From: a virus
Reading direction: 5' to 3' (one strand)
IMG/VR virus record: IMGVR_UViG_3300035665_000004
Location: 1-64,000 of that record
DNA: 64,000 nucleotides
Positions 25,767-35,668 of the stretch are shown here, piece after piece (the first letter of the stretch is position 1; each line of letters starts with the position of its first letter). The position numbers were made by a program, and so were the translations under genes. Under the pieces are notes generated by a model that was given only the letters and a program-made list of their open reading frames with translations, had not been told where the DNA came from and did no database searches.

Positions 25767-25986
25767 TTTATACGATTTTACAGAAACGATGAATTATATC
25801 AGTTTAATCAACGATTCAAAATTAGATGAATTGGTAATTTTGATTGATGGTGAAAAATTTAAAATCCCAGAGAATATTATTGCTGAATGGAAATATATTG
25901 GATTGAGTAATCGAGATTTATTACTATCAATCAATGAAGAAACTAAGACCTGTGGTCCTAGTGAAATTAAATTAATTAAAATATAG
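25732..25986 (+). CDS. hypothetical protein
   Basis: ORF track; start probably ATG 25756. Confidence 0.6.
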   Translation: MIELLELEMLVDLYDFTETMNYISLINDSKLDELVILIDGEKFKIPENIIAEWKYIGLSNRDLLLSINEETKTCGPSEIKLIKI

Positions 25987-25995
25987 GTATCAATT

Positions 25996-26280
25996 ATGTA
26001 TCATTTGATCGATGAAAAAGGTTATCACAGTGGGATTTATTATTCGGAATTTCAAGGTGATGATTGGTTGGATTTAACAGATTATGAGCAACAGGTATTC
26101 AAATTTACAATTGATTATTGTATTGAGCATAAATTAAAAATGTTTATTATTATGGCTACTTACAATAGCTGTGTTTCACTAGGAAAAATTTTTGTAAGTG
26201 AGGATGGTGTTAATCTACCAAAATCATATATGTTGTGGAACACACCAGAACATTATAAAAATTTTATTTTTGAACTTTAA
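25996..26280 (+). CDS. hypothetical protein
   Basis: AGGT RBS. Confidence 0.7.
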   Translation: MYHLIDEKGYHSGIYYSEFQGDDWLDLTDYEQQVFKFTIDYCIEHKLKMFIIMATYNSCVSLGKIFVSEDGVNLPKSYMLWNTPEHYKNFIFEL

Positions 26281-26316
26281 CCAAATTTATTAAATTTTCG
26301 GAATAGGAATAGTATT

Positions 26317-26901
26317 ATGAAAACATGCACATATACATTAATGCTGGTTATTACAACTATGGGTGTTACAGGTTGTAGCGATGACGAAAAGCAACAACAA
26401 TTATTGGCTAAGCAAAATCAACAGTTCCAACAACAACAATATGCTCCTCAAATACCACAAGCGGTTCAACAGCCTCCAGTAATTATTAATAACAGTCAAC
26501 CACAACAACAGGATTCAACCTTTACAAATTTAGCTGCTGGTGCTGCGTTAGGAGCAGTTGCGGCAAATTTAGCAAACAACAATGACAATAACCGAGTAAT
26601 TGAAAAACATTACATTGAAAATCCACACAATACAATACCTCACAAGAGTTATTTTCAACAACCGCAGAACGTACCAATTTCAAACACACAACAATTAAAT
26701 AGTGCACAATCTCAAACTGTACCACCAACACCGGCTAAAGTTGAAAAAAATTATATGGATACGAATAAATTAGCTGATTCTGCCAAATATTCGCCACAAC
26801 ACAATAATTCATCACCATTAGGTGCGACATTAAATAAATCGGTTACACGTTCATCAGGAATGAATATGTCCAAACTAGCACAATCAACACGAAAAAAATA
26901 A
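26317..26901 (+). CDS. Gln/Asn-rich putative lipoprotein
   Basis: lipobox VTGC, low-complexity Q/N body, AAGAALGAVAA segment. Confidence 0.8.
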   Translation: MKTCTYTLMLVITTMGVTGCSDDEKQQQLLAKQNQQFQQQQYAPQIPQAVQQPPVIINNSQPQQQDSTFTNLAAGAALGAVAANLANNNDNNRVIEKHYIENPHNTIPHKSYFQQPQNVPISNTQQLNSAQSQTVPPTPAKVEKNYMDTNKLADSAKYSPQHNNSSPLGATLNKSVTRSSGMNMSKLAQSTRKK

Positions 26902-26912
26902 AAAATCGTAGA

Positions 26913-26951
26913 TTGAAAAGGTTGGTTAATTTTAATTATCAACCTTTTCAA
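26913..26951 (+). terminator. terminator hairpin
   Basis: ttgaaaaggttg ... caaccttttcaa 12-bp stem. Confidence 0.65.
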
Positions 26952-27042
26952 AAATTATTTAACAATCATTTTTAAAGTATAATAATATAGATGTTTAATC
27001 AAGTAAACAAATATTTTTTAATCTACAATGTGAGTTACTATT

Positions 27043-29028
27043 ATGAGTAAATTTTTAGAATTACAATCTTTAGTGTTAGAACATGCAAAAAAATTACAAC
27101 AACACCAATTATTTAGAGTAGAATTACCAGAAGATATTTTTGATATTTATCTAAACTGTTTTGATGATGTGACTGTAAGAAATGAGCATAATTGTAACTG
27201 TTGTAGACAATTTTTAAGAAATTATGGTAATTTAGTTGCAGTTAAAGATGGAAAAGTATTAACATTATGGGATTTTGAAATTGATGGGATTTTTAACAAT
27301 GTTCCACTTGCATTAAAAAAATTGGTACATAGTGGTCAAATTTCATCAGCATTCGTAACTAAATTTAACCGAGTTGGCGTTGAACATAACTTTAGTTCAA
27401 ATACTGAGGGAAAACAACTCAAACATTCCCATTTTTTCTTTGATGTTAAAGGAAAAAATTATGTGAATGATTATGTAGATTCACGAATTGGTGAGTTAAA
27501 CACAACAAAAAATATGTTGCGTCGTGCGTTAGATGAACTAACCTTAGATTCGTTTGAAACGGTTTTGGGTTTAATTGAAACAAATTCATTATATCGAGGA
27601 ACAGAATTCAAAAAAGGAATTAACGATTTCGCAAATATTAAAAGATTATATAATAGTTTAGTTTCTGATAACGAAAAAGACTTGTTTGTTTGTGAACATA
27701 TTGATTTTCAAGCATCGAGAATTAGAAATACGGCAATTGGTACGTTATTGATTGATTTATCAGATGGTCGTGATTTAGAAAGTGCTGTTAACGCTTATGA
27801 ACGTGTAGTCGCACCAAGCAACTATAAAAGACCAACTGCGTTAGTAACACAGAAAATGGTAGATCAAGCTAAAAATAAAGTTCGGGAATTAGGTTTAGAA
27901 GATTCGTTAAAAAGACGATACGCTAAAAATACGGATATTTCCATCAACAATGTTTTATATGTGGATAGAAATAAACCAGGCGAAAGTGATTTATTTGAAT
28001 CTGTTGCAAGTGACATACCAGTCGATGCTAAAAAATTAAAAATCAATAATGAAATCAGTATTGATACCTTTTTAAAAGACATCGTACCGACAGCAAATAG
28101 TGTAGAGTTGTTATTAGAAGACAGATTGAAAAATAATTTTGTAACTTTGATTGCCCCTGCAGTAGATGATGCAAAATCATTATTTGCATGGGACAATAAT
28201 TTCAGTTGGAGTTACGCTGAAGGTATGGCGGATTCAATGAAGCAAAAAGTTAAAAATGCTGGAGGTACAGTTGACGGCGAATTGCGTATATCATTAGAAT
28301 GGTTTAACTTTGATGATTTGGATCTTCACGTAATTGAACCAGATGGGTTTAAAATTCATCACAGCACTAAAAAATCTAAGGTTACTGGTGGACAATTGGA
28401 TGTTGATATGAATATCAGTCCAGAAACACGAAACGCTGTAGAAAATGTTATATATCCAAGCAAAAATAAAATGTTGGATGGGGATTATGTGGTATTGGTC
28501 AAAAATTATACAAAACGAGAAACCGTAGATGTAGGATTTACTATTGAGCTTGAGCATGAAGGTAATGTACGTGTATATGAATCAAACCAATCACCAAATA
28601 ATCAAGCACATTTTGAAGTAGTAAAATTTAATTACTCAAAACAAAATGGAGTAACAATTATTTCAAGTATTTCTGGTGGTGTGGATAACACTAAATCAAA
28701 TACGGTTTATAATATTGGTACTAATAAATTTCATAAGGTTAATACAGTTATGTTATCACCTAATTATTGGACTAATACCAGTGGCAATAAACACTTTTTC
28801 TTCATGCTGGATGGTACAAAAACAGATTCACCACCACGAGGAATATTCAATGAATTTTTAAAACCTGAATTGAATGAACATCGCAAGGTTTTTGAGATGT
28901 TGGGTAACAAAATTGTTGTTCCGGAAAGTGATGAACAGTTGAATGGTATTGGGTTTAGTGAAACTATTCAGAACAACGCGGTTGTTAGAGTTGATGGTAA
29001 ATTATTTAAAATAAATTTTGGAGTTTAA
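27043..29028 (+). CDS. large conserved phage protein (CNCC motif; YfaP/DUF2135-like C-terminal domain)
   Basis: HNCNCCRQF; LRISLEWFNFDDLDLHVIEP...GGQLDVDMN...AVEN. Confidence 0.75.
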   Translation: MSKFLELQSLVLEHAKKLQQHQLFRVELPEDIFDIYLNCFDDVTVRNEHNCNCCRQFLRNYGNLVAVKDGKVLTLWDFEIDGIFNNVPLALKKLVHSGQISSAFVTKFNRVGVEHNFSSNTEGKQLKHSHFFFDVKGKNYVNDYVDSRIGELNTTKNMLRRALDELTLDSFETVLGLIETNSLYRGTEFKKGINDFANIKRLYNSLVSDNEKDLFVCEHIDFQASRIRNTAIGTLLIDLSDGRDLESAVNAYERVVAPSNYKRPTALVTQKMVDQAKNKVRELGLEDSLKRRYAKNTDISINNVLYVDRNKPGESDLFESVASDIPVDAKKLKINNEISIDTFLKDIVPTANSVELLLEDRLKNNFVTLIAPAVDDAKSLFAWDNNFSWSYAEGMADSMKQKVKNAGGTVDGELRISLEWFNFDDLDLHVIEPDGFKIHHSTKKSKVTGGQLDVDMNISPETRNAVENVIYPSKNKMLDGDYVVLVKNYTKRETVDVGFTIELEHEGNVRVYESNQSPNNQAHFEVVKFNYSKQNGVTIISSISGGVDNTKSNTVYNIGTNKFHKVNTVMLSPNYWTNTSGNKHFFFMLDGTKTDSPPRGIFNEFLKPELNEHRKVFEMLGNKIVVPESDEQLNGIGFSETIQNNAVVRVDGKLFKINFGV

Positions 29029-29030
29029 CA

Positions 29031-29429
29031 ATGTTTGAATTAGCGAGTAAAATTAAATTGCGGTTTCAATACAAAGGTATTATTGGTGTTGAAGATTTAT
29101 GGGATTTACAATTAATCGATTTAAATGAGATTGCGAAAAAAGTAAATCGACAGTTAAAAAATTTAGATGATGAGGATTTTATTTCCGGTGATGTTAAAGT
29201 TACCAAAGAAAAAGAAAATCTTCAGTTGCAGTTGGATATTTTGAAACATATAATTGCAATTAAAATTGAGGATCGTGAACTAAAATTAAAAGCTAGAGAA
29301 CGATTAGAAAAAAGAAAACATTTACAGGAACTAATTTATGATAAACAAAATAAAGAATTAAGTGAAAAATCTTTAGATGAATTAGTAAAAATGTTGAATG
29401 AAGTTGACGAAAATTTAATCAACTCATAG
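29031..29429 (+). CDS. conserved coiled-coil partner protein
   Basis: MFELASKIKLRF...VEDLWDL motif; tightly coupled to the upstream gene. Confidence 0.8.
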   Translation: MFELASKIKLRFQYKGIIGVEDLWDLQLIDLNEIAKKVNRQLKNLDDEDFISGDVKVTKEKENLQLQLDILKHIIAIKIEDRELKLKARERLEKRKHLQELIYDKQNKELSEKSLDELVKMLNEVDENLINS

Positions 29430-29437
29430 TGGAGTTT

Positions 29438-29474
29438 TGGATTGGAAAGACTGGTTGTTAGTCTTTCCAATCCA
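29438..29474. terminator. terminator between convergent genes
   Basis: 15-bp stem tggattggaaagact/agtctttccaatcca. Confidence 0.8.
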
Positions 29475-29500
29475 TACTATATCATTTCTCCAAAATAAGT

Positions 29501-30733
29501 TTACATGTGATATAACTTATTCAAATAAAATTTTGAAAACTCGGATGGTATATTTTTTGATGTATCAATTCTAGGTTCTCTACCATCTTTAAATATATTT
29601 TCAAGATAAAAATACAAATCTTTAGAATCCTCACAAATTACAGTTTTTTTAATAAAATCAACTAACTGATAATTGTTGTTTATCATTACCTGCGGACTTG
29701 ATGTAATGCCTATATTTCCAAAATTTAAGAAAAAATTTTGTTTTTTGTATTTAAATTCGGGAACTTTAAATGTTAATGGTCGAAGTAAAGTATGTATTTT
29801 CAATTCATAATTAGTATCATCCTTAGTATTTTTATTGTTAGTGGTTTTGATAACATTTTTTTCAATAATACCATTTTCAAAAATATCATTTATGGATTGC
29901 ATACTATATAAAAACTTTCGATTTGAAATTTTTTTGAAATCTACCTGATTGTTTTTTCTCCAATTTGCTAATGTTTGGTCAGAAATACGTAATTTTTTCA
30001 TAACTTCGGGTGCTGTAAGATATTCATGCTTATCACCATCATTCAAAACATCAACCCCACCCATATATTTTATTTTACCATTTCCATTGTGCATACTCAC
30101 AACATCTTTCCACACCATCAATAATAGTTTCTGTTCAAAAAGTTTAATAACCTCGTCAAAATGTGACTTAACAACTATCATTTTATCAGTCTCAGACACA
30201 ATTATTTCCATCAAATCATACTTGAATCCATAAAAAACAGCTGCAGCTTCATCAAAATTAGCATAGGTTTGTTTAAAAGATTTATTTTTATTAAATTTTC
30301 CATCAATTCTATCTAATGAAATAACAATCTCATCATCACCAATATTCATATAAACGTCATATCTATTTTCAACGTGAACATCGGTTTTGGTGATTTTTTG
30401 ACACATATTTTCTTCTATGTTGACAATATCAACACCATAAACTACTTTTATACCATATTGGGTGTTATAATTGCTACTGATGTATGCAACTAAATCTTTA
30501 TAAACCTGTTCATCAATTTTTCCTCTAACTATGTGTAGGTAAAATCTCTCGTTAATTGCATTTAAAATTGTATCTAATATTTTAGAGTCACCAAAAATGA
30601 CAACAGATTTTAAGTATTCAATTTTACTTACATTATTAGCATCCATGGTTTTTATATAGTCATCAACTTCATTAAAGGTGTCAAACATATCAAAATACAC
30701 TTTTCCACCAATTTTTAAAAAAATCAAACACAT
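29501..30733 (-). CDS. protein with internal MerR/excisionase-type HTH
   Basis: YLTAPEVMKKLRISDQTLANWRKNN...RKFLYS; TATAAATA upstream (30761-30768, minus strand). Confidence 0.7.
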   Translation of the reverse strand: MCLIFLKIGGKVYFDMFDTFNEVDDYIKTMDANNVSKIEYLKSVVIFGDSKILDTILNAINERFYLHIVRGKIDEQVYKDLVAYISSNYNTQYGIKVVYGVDIVNIEENMCQKITKTDVHVENRYDVYMNIGDDEIVISLDRIDGKFNKNKSFKQTYANFDEAAAVFYGFKYDLMEIIVSETDKMIVVKSHFDEVIKLFEQKLLLMVWKDVVSMHNGNGKIKYMGGVDVLNDGDKHEYLTAPEVMKKLRISDQTLANWRKNNQVDFKKISNRKFLYSMQSINDIFENGIIEKNVIKTTNNKNTKDDTNYELKIHTLLRPLTFKVPEFKYKKQNFFLNFGNIGITSSPQVMINNNYQLVDFIKKTVICEDSKDLYFYLENIFKDGREPRIDTSKNIPSEFSKFYLNKLYHM

Positions 30734-30874
30734 TTATAATACCTCTTACTCAAAATAATATATTTATAATCGATAAAAAAGTTTTTTGGTTTATTTGGGT
30801 TATTTGATTTATTATAATAAATTTGGTATAATTGTTATAATAATAGATTAATTCACAACTTTTTGGAGTTAAAT

Positions 30875-31276
30875 ATGAGAGTCGAAATACAAGATACATG
30901 GTTTAGTGTTGATGAATGTGACAATAATCCAACAAAACTCTTTGTATTTGGTGATAATTTAGAAAGAATTGGTACTGGTGGTCAAGCAATCATACGAAAT
31001 TGCAGTAATTCAATTGGTATCGCCACAAAGAAAAAACCATCAATGCAGGATGACTCCTTTTTCCACGATAAACCCAGTGAAGCAATAAAAATTCTAAATG
31101 ATATACAGCGATTAATAGTGGTATCATCGGATTATGAGGTAGTGGTGTTTCCTGCAGATGGTCTAGGTACAGGTTTATCAAAAATGCAAATTTTTTCACC
31201 AAAACTGTGTAATTGGTTACATAATACATTATCGGTAATTTTTAATATCGATTATACACCAAAAAATGAAAAATGA
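30875..31276 (+). CDS. conserved phage protein, macro-like/DUF7831-type
   Basis: LFVFGDN...GGQAIIR...NSIGIATKK...VVFPADGLGTGL. Confidence 0.65.
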   Translation: MRVEIQDTWFSVDECDNNPTKLFVFGDNLERIGTGGQAIIRNCSNSIGIATKKKPSMQDDSFFHDKPSEAIKILNDIQRLIVVSSDYEVVVFPADGLGTGLSKMQIFSPKLCNWLHNTLSVIFNIDYTPKNEK

Positions 31277-31345
31277 TATGTGAAAGGTAATAATTAAGAA
31301 AGTATAACTTGAATAGGTGTTATACCTTCTTAATTATTTTTAGAT

Positions 31346-32212
31346 TCACCCCAGTAATAGATCTAGAGTTTGTGGTCCGGCAATTCCATCTACAATAAGT
31401 TTATGATCCTTTTGCCATTTTTTTAATACGGTTTCTGTATTTACACCAAAAATTCCATCAGCCGAAACACCTAATTTCTTCTGAATAATTTTAACACCAT
31501 CCCCCCTAGATCCACGTCTTAAAGTTTGAGAAACATTATCATCGAGTTCATCATCATCTAATTCAACACCATCATCGGCTTTTATAAATGAATTATTTCC
31601 CAACAATTTTAGAGTGCAGTTGTAACACGAAATTCTATCATTTAAACCGTTGTAACCACCATTTATTTTTTTTGTCATCCCACGCAAGTCATTTTTATCT
31701 GCAAAATCATTTAGTTTATGTTTGTTCCAGAACCAAATAGCAGATAAAATGGATATTTTCTTATCAGTTGCAACTAAATCTGGGTTTTTTACTACATCGA
31801 TACCAGTATCATTTGAAAATGAAACATAATTTTGCTTTCCAGTTAATTGTATTGGACCACGTCCTCTATATTTCCAACCATCTCCACTAGAAACATCACC
31901 ATTTCCCATTCTATTTGCATATACAACATTTGCAATTTTTTCGGGTTTTTTTGCATATTCTGTGGAATTTCTTCCTGCATTTTTGAAATACTTTCCAAAA
32001 ATAGCATCCAACCCAGTAGCACTATAATTTAAATTTTCACTAAAAACCTTCCATCCACCGGATTCATGTCCACATTGGGCGATAAATGACGCTATTCGGT
32101 TTGGTGTATTGATGTCATACTTAGGTAAAACCTCATTTAATGCCTCTACTAATGAATTTGAGGCAGTACCACATGATGGAAACAGTTGATTAAATTGTTG
32201 TGTTGTTATCAT
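31346..32212 (-). CDS. endolysin: GH19 chitinase-like lysozyme with C-terminal peptidoglycan-binding domain
   Basis: FIAQCGHESG, ENLNYS, YRGRGPIQLTG, INGGYNGL; LRRGSRG...DGIFG...DGIAG. Confidence 0.92.
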   Translation of the reverse strand: MITTQQFNQLFPSCGTASNSLVEALNEVLPKYDINTPNRIASFIAQCGHESGGWKVFSENLNYSATGLDAIFGKYFKNAGRNSTEYAKKPEKIANVVYANRMGNGDVSSGDGWKYRGRGPIQLTGKQNYVSFSNDTGIDVVKNPDLVATDKKISILSAIWFWNKHKLNDFADKNDLRGMTKKINGGYNGLNDRISCYNCTLKLLGNNSFIKADDGVELDDDELDDNVSQTLRRGSRGDGVKIIQKKLGVSADGIFGVNTETVLKKWQKDHKLIVDGIAGPQTLDLLLG

Positions 32213-32972
32213 TATTAACTCCTCTATTGTTACCTTTAATTAAATTATGTTGTTTCTTTACTTCTTTTATATGATGTATCTGTAATGTTATTTTGTTTAC
32301 ATAATTAATGAGAATTTTAAAATTTTCATCAAAGGTTTTGTCTTTTATTGCATTTTTCAGTTCCTTTATTTCTCGTGATAAATTAAATAAAGGTGATGAT
32401 ATAGTATGCTGTAAGTGATTGATATAAAAAATCAAATTATCATTTCCGATGGTAAGTTTATTATTGTTTTCCTTTAGATTTTTTATAGTATCCATGTAAT
32501 AAGGAATTTTATACATAATAAAATCAACATAAATGACAAAAATAGTGACTACAATAAAAAAAATCATAAAAACAACAATAAAATCCTGTGAATCCAAGAC
32601 AAAATATACTGGTTCATCATAATTTTCCATTGAAACCACAACATCAAAGGAAAAATCATCACGCATAGTTAAGATTGAATTACTGTAAACTGAATTCAAA
32701 AAATGATGGTTGCTATTTTGATGTGAATTTATTTTTTTAGTATTTTTATCAAACTCGTAATATTTATTATTCTGGTATATACCCTTACAATTTAAAATTA
32801 TACATAATTCCGATACATTCAACTTTTTATAAATTGTTCGTTCATAAATTAATTTATTATACATTTTATCATAATGATTAAACAAAAATTTAGAATATAC
32901 CGTAGATGAACAGGTAGCAACAATCAAAAAAATACCAACCGCAGCCAACAATCGCATTTTAAACACCTGCAT
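32190..32972 (-). CDS. two-TM protein with HisKA-like H-box but no kinase domain
   Basis: N-terminal TM, second TM FIVVFMIFFIVVTIFVIYV, then HTISSPL; GGAGG RBS before ATG 32972. Confidence 0.55.
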   Translation of the reverse strand: MQVFKMRLLAAVGIFLIVATCSSTVYSKFLFNHYDKMYNKLIYERTIYKKLNVSELCIILNCKGIYQNNKYYEFDKNTKKINSHQNSNHHFLNSVYSNSILTMRDDFSFDVVVSMENYDEPVYFVLDSQDFIVVFMIFFIVVTIFVIYVDFIMYKIPYYMDTIKNLKENNNKLTIGNDNLIFYINHLQHTISSPLFNLSREIKELKNAIKDKTFDENFKILINYVNKITLQIHHIKEVKKQHNLIKGNNRGVNNDNNTTI

Positions 32973-33057
32973 TATTACCTCCAACAGTTTTAACTGTATA
33001 GTGTAAATAAACTATTTATGATAGTTTGTTTATATGCGTTTGATTTTTACTAGTCTA

Positions 33058-33291
33058 TTATATTGCAAGAATTAACGCTGCATCATCTTTTCGTAAACTA
33101 ATAGTATAACCACGAATTTTAATTTCTATTGGATCACCCATTGGGGCATATCTAATTATTTCAAATTCAATTCCTCTTGTAATCCCCATTGCTAATAATC
33201 TTTTTCTATAGGTCTTATTGATCATTGGACAAAAACCAACAATCAATCCAGTAGTTCCAGGTAAAAACGTTGATAATGTTTTTTTTGTCAT
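33058..33291 (-). CDS. feoA: ferrous iron transport protein A
   Basis: RKRLLAMGITRG...APMGDPIEIKIRGYTISLRKDDA. Confidence 0.92.
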   Translation of the reverse strand: MTKKTLSTFLPGTTGLIVGFCPMINKTYRKRLLAMGITRGIEFEIIRYAPMGDPIEIKIRGYTISLRKDDAALILAI

Positions 33292-33370
33292 AACTATTAT
33301 TTAATACCCATATATTTGTAGTATAATCAATATTTATTATACAAAAAAAGTTAAACGCGGAGATTAAAAA

Positions 33371-33856
33371 ATGAGATGTTACCATTTTAGCAATATGTAT
33401 CTTAGTTCAATACAACAAGGAATTCAATCAAGTCATACACAAATGGAGTTATTCGTCAAATATAAATCACCATCAAATAAAAAAGATATTTTATTTGATT
33501 GGGCTGAAATATACAAAACTACAATCGTTTTAAATGGTGGTTTTTTATCAACAATGCAAGAATTTTTAGGATTTCTTCAAGTGGAAGATAACCCATATCC
33601 TTTTGCGGAATTTTATGAAAGTGAAGAAGCACTCGGCGGTATCTTAACCAATATTGCTATTGTATTACCTGAAAAAATATATAAGTCCTCTGAATTATTA
33701 AGAAACAAAATAATTAATTCAGAATTTACAATAACCTCTGGTCTACCAAATGTGATTTATGATGAAACTGAAAAGTTACTCAATGAATTTGGTACATTAT
33801 CTGAATTTGAAAAAGAATTGTGTTCGAGATTAAATAATTTCAGATTAGCAAACTAA
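33371..33856 (+). CDS. peptidyl-tRNA hydrolase 2-like phage protein
   Basis: QGIQSSH...W...KTTIVLNGG...FYESEEALGGILT pattern. Confidence 0.45.
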   Translation: MRCYHFSNMYLSSIQQGIQSSHTQMELFVKYKSPSNKKDILFDWAEIYKTTIVLNGGFLSTMQEFLGFLQVEDNPYPFAEFYESEEALGGILTNIAIVLPEKIYKSSELLRNKIINSEFTITSGLPNVIYDETEKLLNEFGTLSEFEKELCSRLNNFRLAN

Positions 33857-33857
33857 C

Positions 33858-33894
33858 AAAAAAACCACATAATTTTAAATTATGTGGTTTTTTT
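33858..33894. terminator. bidirectional terminator
   Basis: aaaaaaaccacataattt/aaattatgtggttttttt. Confidence 0.8.
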
Positions 33895-33919
33895 AAAATT
33901 CACATTTGACCATTAATAA

Positions 33920-34501
33920 TTAAGTGAAGGTTTGATATGACGTTAAAACCTTAGAAACATAGTTAATGGTTTCGGGATATGGTGGTATCTTTCTATTATG
34001 TCGAATTACAGCATTTTCACCTGCATTGTAACCAGCTAATGCAAGTTTTTTATCATTGTTGAATATTTCCAACAGATGTTTAATATATTTTGTACCACCT
34101 TCAATACTTTGTACTGGATCAGTTCTATCAATAACTCCAAATCTTTCCGCAGTTACCGGCATAAGTTGCATTACTCCTACCGCACCTTTACTACTAATGG
34201 CGTATGTCTTGAACGAACTCTCAGTTTTAATAACGGCTTTCACTAACTTTGGATCGACACCATGTCGTTTAGCAGATTTTTGTGCTAAATACATAATCAT
34301 TTCTTGAGTATAAACAACAGTAAGTTTTTTCTTTACTGGTTTTAATGGTGCTACAACTGTTGTTACTTGAGGTTTTAACACTACCGCATGTGACTCATTA
34401 CTAAAGTATGCTCTCCCAGTATCATCATAATATCTGTAAATGTTTGCTTGTGTTGTTGTACTAACAAATAAACCAAATGATAAAATTATGGATTTTTTCA
34501 T
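33920..34501 (-). CDS. soluble lytic transglycosylase (SLT) with signal peptide and DUF4124-like N-domain
   Basis: AVIKTESSF, GAVGVMQLMP, LAGYNAGE; IYRYYDDTGRAYFSN. Confidence 0.92.
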   Translation of the reverse strand: MKKSIILSFGLFVSTTTQANIYRYYDDTGRAYFSNESHAVVLKPQVTTVVAPLKPVKKKLTVVYTQEMIMYLAQKSAKRHGVDPKLVKAVIKTESSFKTYAISSKGAVGVMQLMPVTAERFGVIDRTDPVQSIEGGTKYIKHLLEIFNNDKKLALAGYNAGENAVIRHNRKIPPYPETINYVSKVLTSYQTFT

Positions 34502-34821
34502 TTTTGCATTCCACACGTAGAATTAAATTTAATAATTGCCGCATATTCAGTATTTGTTACATTAGTCAAAATATTAACAAATAATCCACTTGCACTATAC
34601 CACAGTGGTAAAAAAATAACTAAAATACAAACTACAACCCCAACCTGTATATGTTCTGGTAATTCTTTACCTAATATTTGTCGCCATCTATTCCAATAAA
34701 ATACAGTTAATCCTGTTACTAGACAGAGAATAAGAATCAACGTAACATCAGGGATAACTTCAATTAAAACCTGATTTTTCAATAAATCTACTGGCATGTT
34801 ACAAATGTTTTTAGTTGACAT
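34498..34821 (-). CDS. two-TM membrane protein
   Basis: two hydrophobic helices; overlaps the SLT start; holin-like position only. Confidence 0.65.
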   Translation of the reverse strand: MSTKNICNMPVDLLKNQVLIEVIPDVTLILILCLVTGLTVFYWNRWRQILGKELPEHIQVGVVVCILVIFLPLWYSASGLFVNILTNVTNTEYAAIIKFNSTCGMQK

Positions 34822-34920
34822 AAAAATAAATTTCCTATATTAAAAAAATACATACAATATTATACTATATTTTTTTAAGTTTTACCAATTATTTTTTATC
34901 CTCCAAAAAAAAGTCGTAAA

Positions 34921-34960
34921 AAAACCGTTTCACTCACAAAATTATGGGTGAAACGGTTTT
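34921..34960 (-). terminator. terminator hairpin
   Basis: aaaaccgtttcactca/tgggtgaaacggtttt. Confidence 0.75.
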
Positions 34961-34964
34961 TAAA

Positions 34965-35174
34965 CTATTTTGTTTTTTTATCAGTGTCCACTTCTACCTT
35001 AACACCAATTACAAAAGGTCTAATTGCTTGCATAATACCGGTATATGTTAAGAAAAAGTCGGGGTTTTGTTCATACCAACCAACCAATTTTCCATCATCA
35101 AAATCATACCCAGATACAAATTCGGCGTATTGCACAAATTGTTCACCGCTAGTGAATCTTTTACTTAAAATCAT
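34965..35174 (-). CDS. hypothetical protein
   Basis: GGAG RBS; terminator downstream. Confidence 0.7.
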   Translation of the reverse strand: MILSKRFTSGEQFVQYAEFVSGYDFDDGKLVGWYEQNPDFFLTYTGIMQAIRPFVIGVKVEVDTDKKTK

Positions 35175-35200
35175 AAGTCATCTCCCATGTTTAACTAATA

Positions 35201-35548
35201 TTATATAAAAATTTCCGGGTGTGACATCTTATAACGTTCTAATGATCTATTTAAATCAAAATAATCGCTAAAATACCCATTGGATAATTCTCGTATATAT
35301 TTATTAGTGTCATCAAAAACATATTTGGTAGCAGTTGCATAAGCCAATTCTTTATTCGAAAATACCAACCCACCCAAATCTACAAAATCTATTTCTAATA
35401 TAAGATCGTCATCATGTACAACTTTAAGTATTTTATGATACTCCAAATCATAACCAACACTAACAACCATCAATTTCAAAATTGCCACTGGGTTAGTTTC
35501 AACAACATATATCCAATCACCAACGTGTATATTATGAAATTCTACCAT
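35201..35548 (-). CDS. hypothetical protein
   Basis: ORF track. Confidence 0.65.
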   Translation of the reverse strand: MVEFHNIHVGDWIYVVETNPVAILKLMVVSVGYDLEYHKILKVVHDDDLILEIDFVDLGGLVFSNKELAYATATKYVFDDTNKYIRELSNGYFSDYFDLNRSLERYKMSHPEIFI

Positions 35549-35668
35549 ATTAACACCCCACCGGAATTAAAAAACACTTTTTTTGTAAAATTAATATTTA
35601 TACACCGCCAGCATATGATGAAATATGGTATAATCACTGGAAATTTTAAACAACGTGGAACTAAAAAT

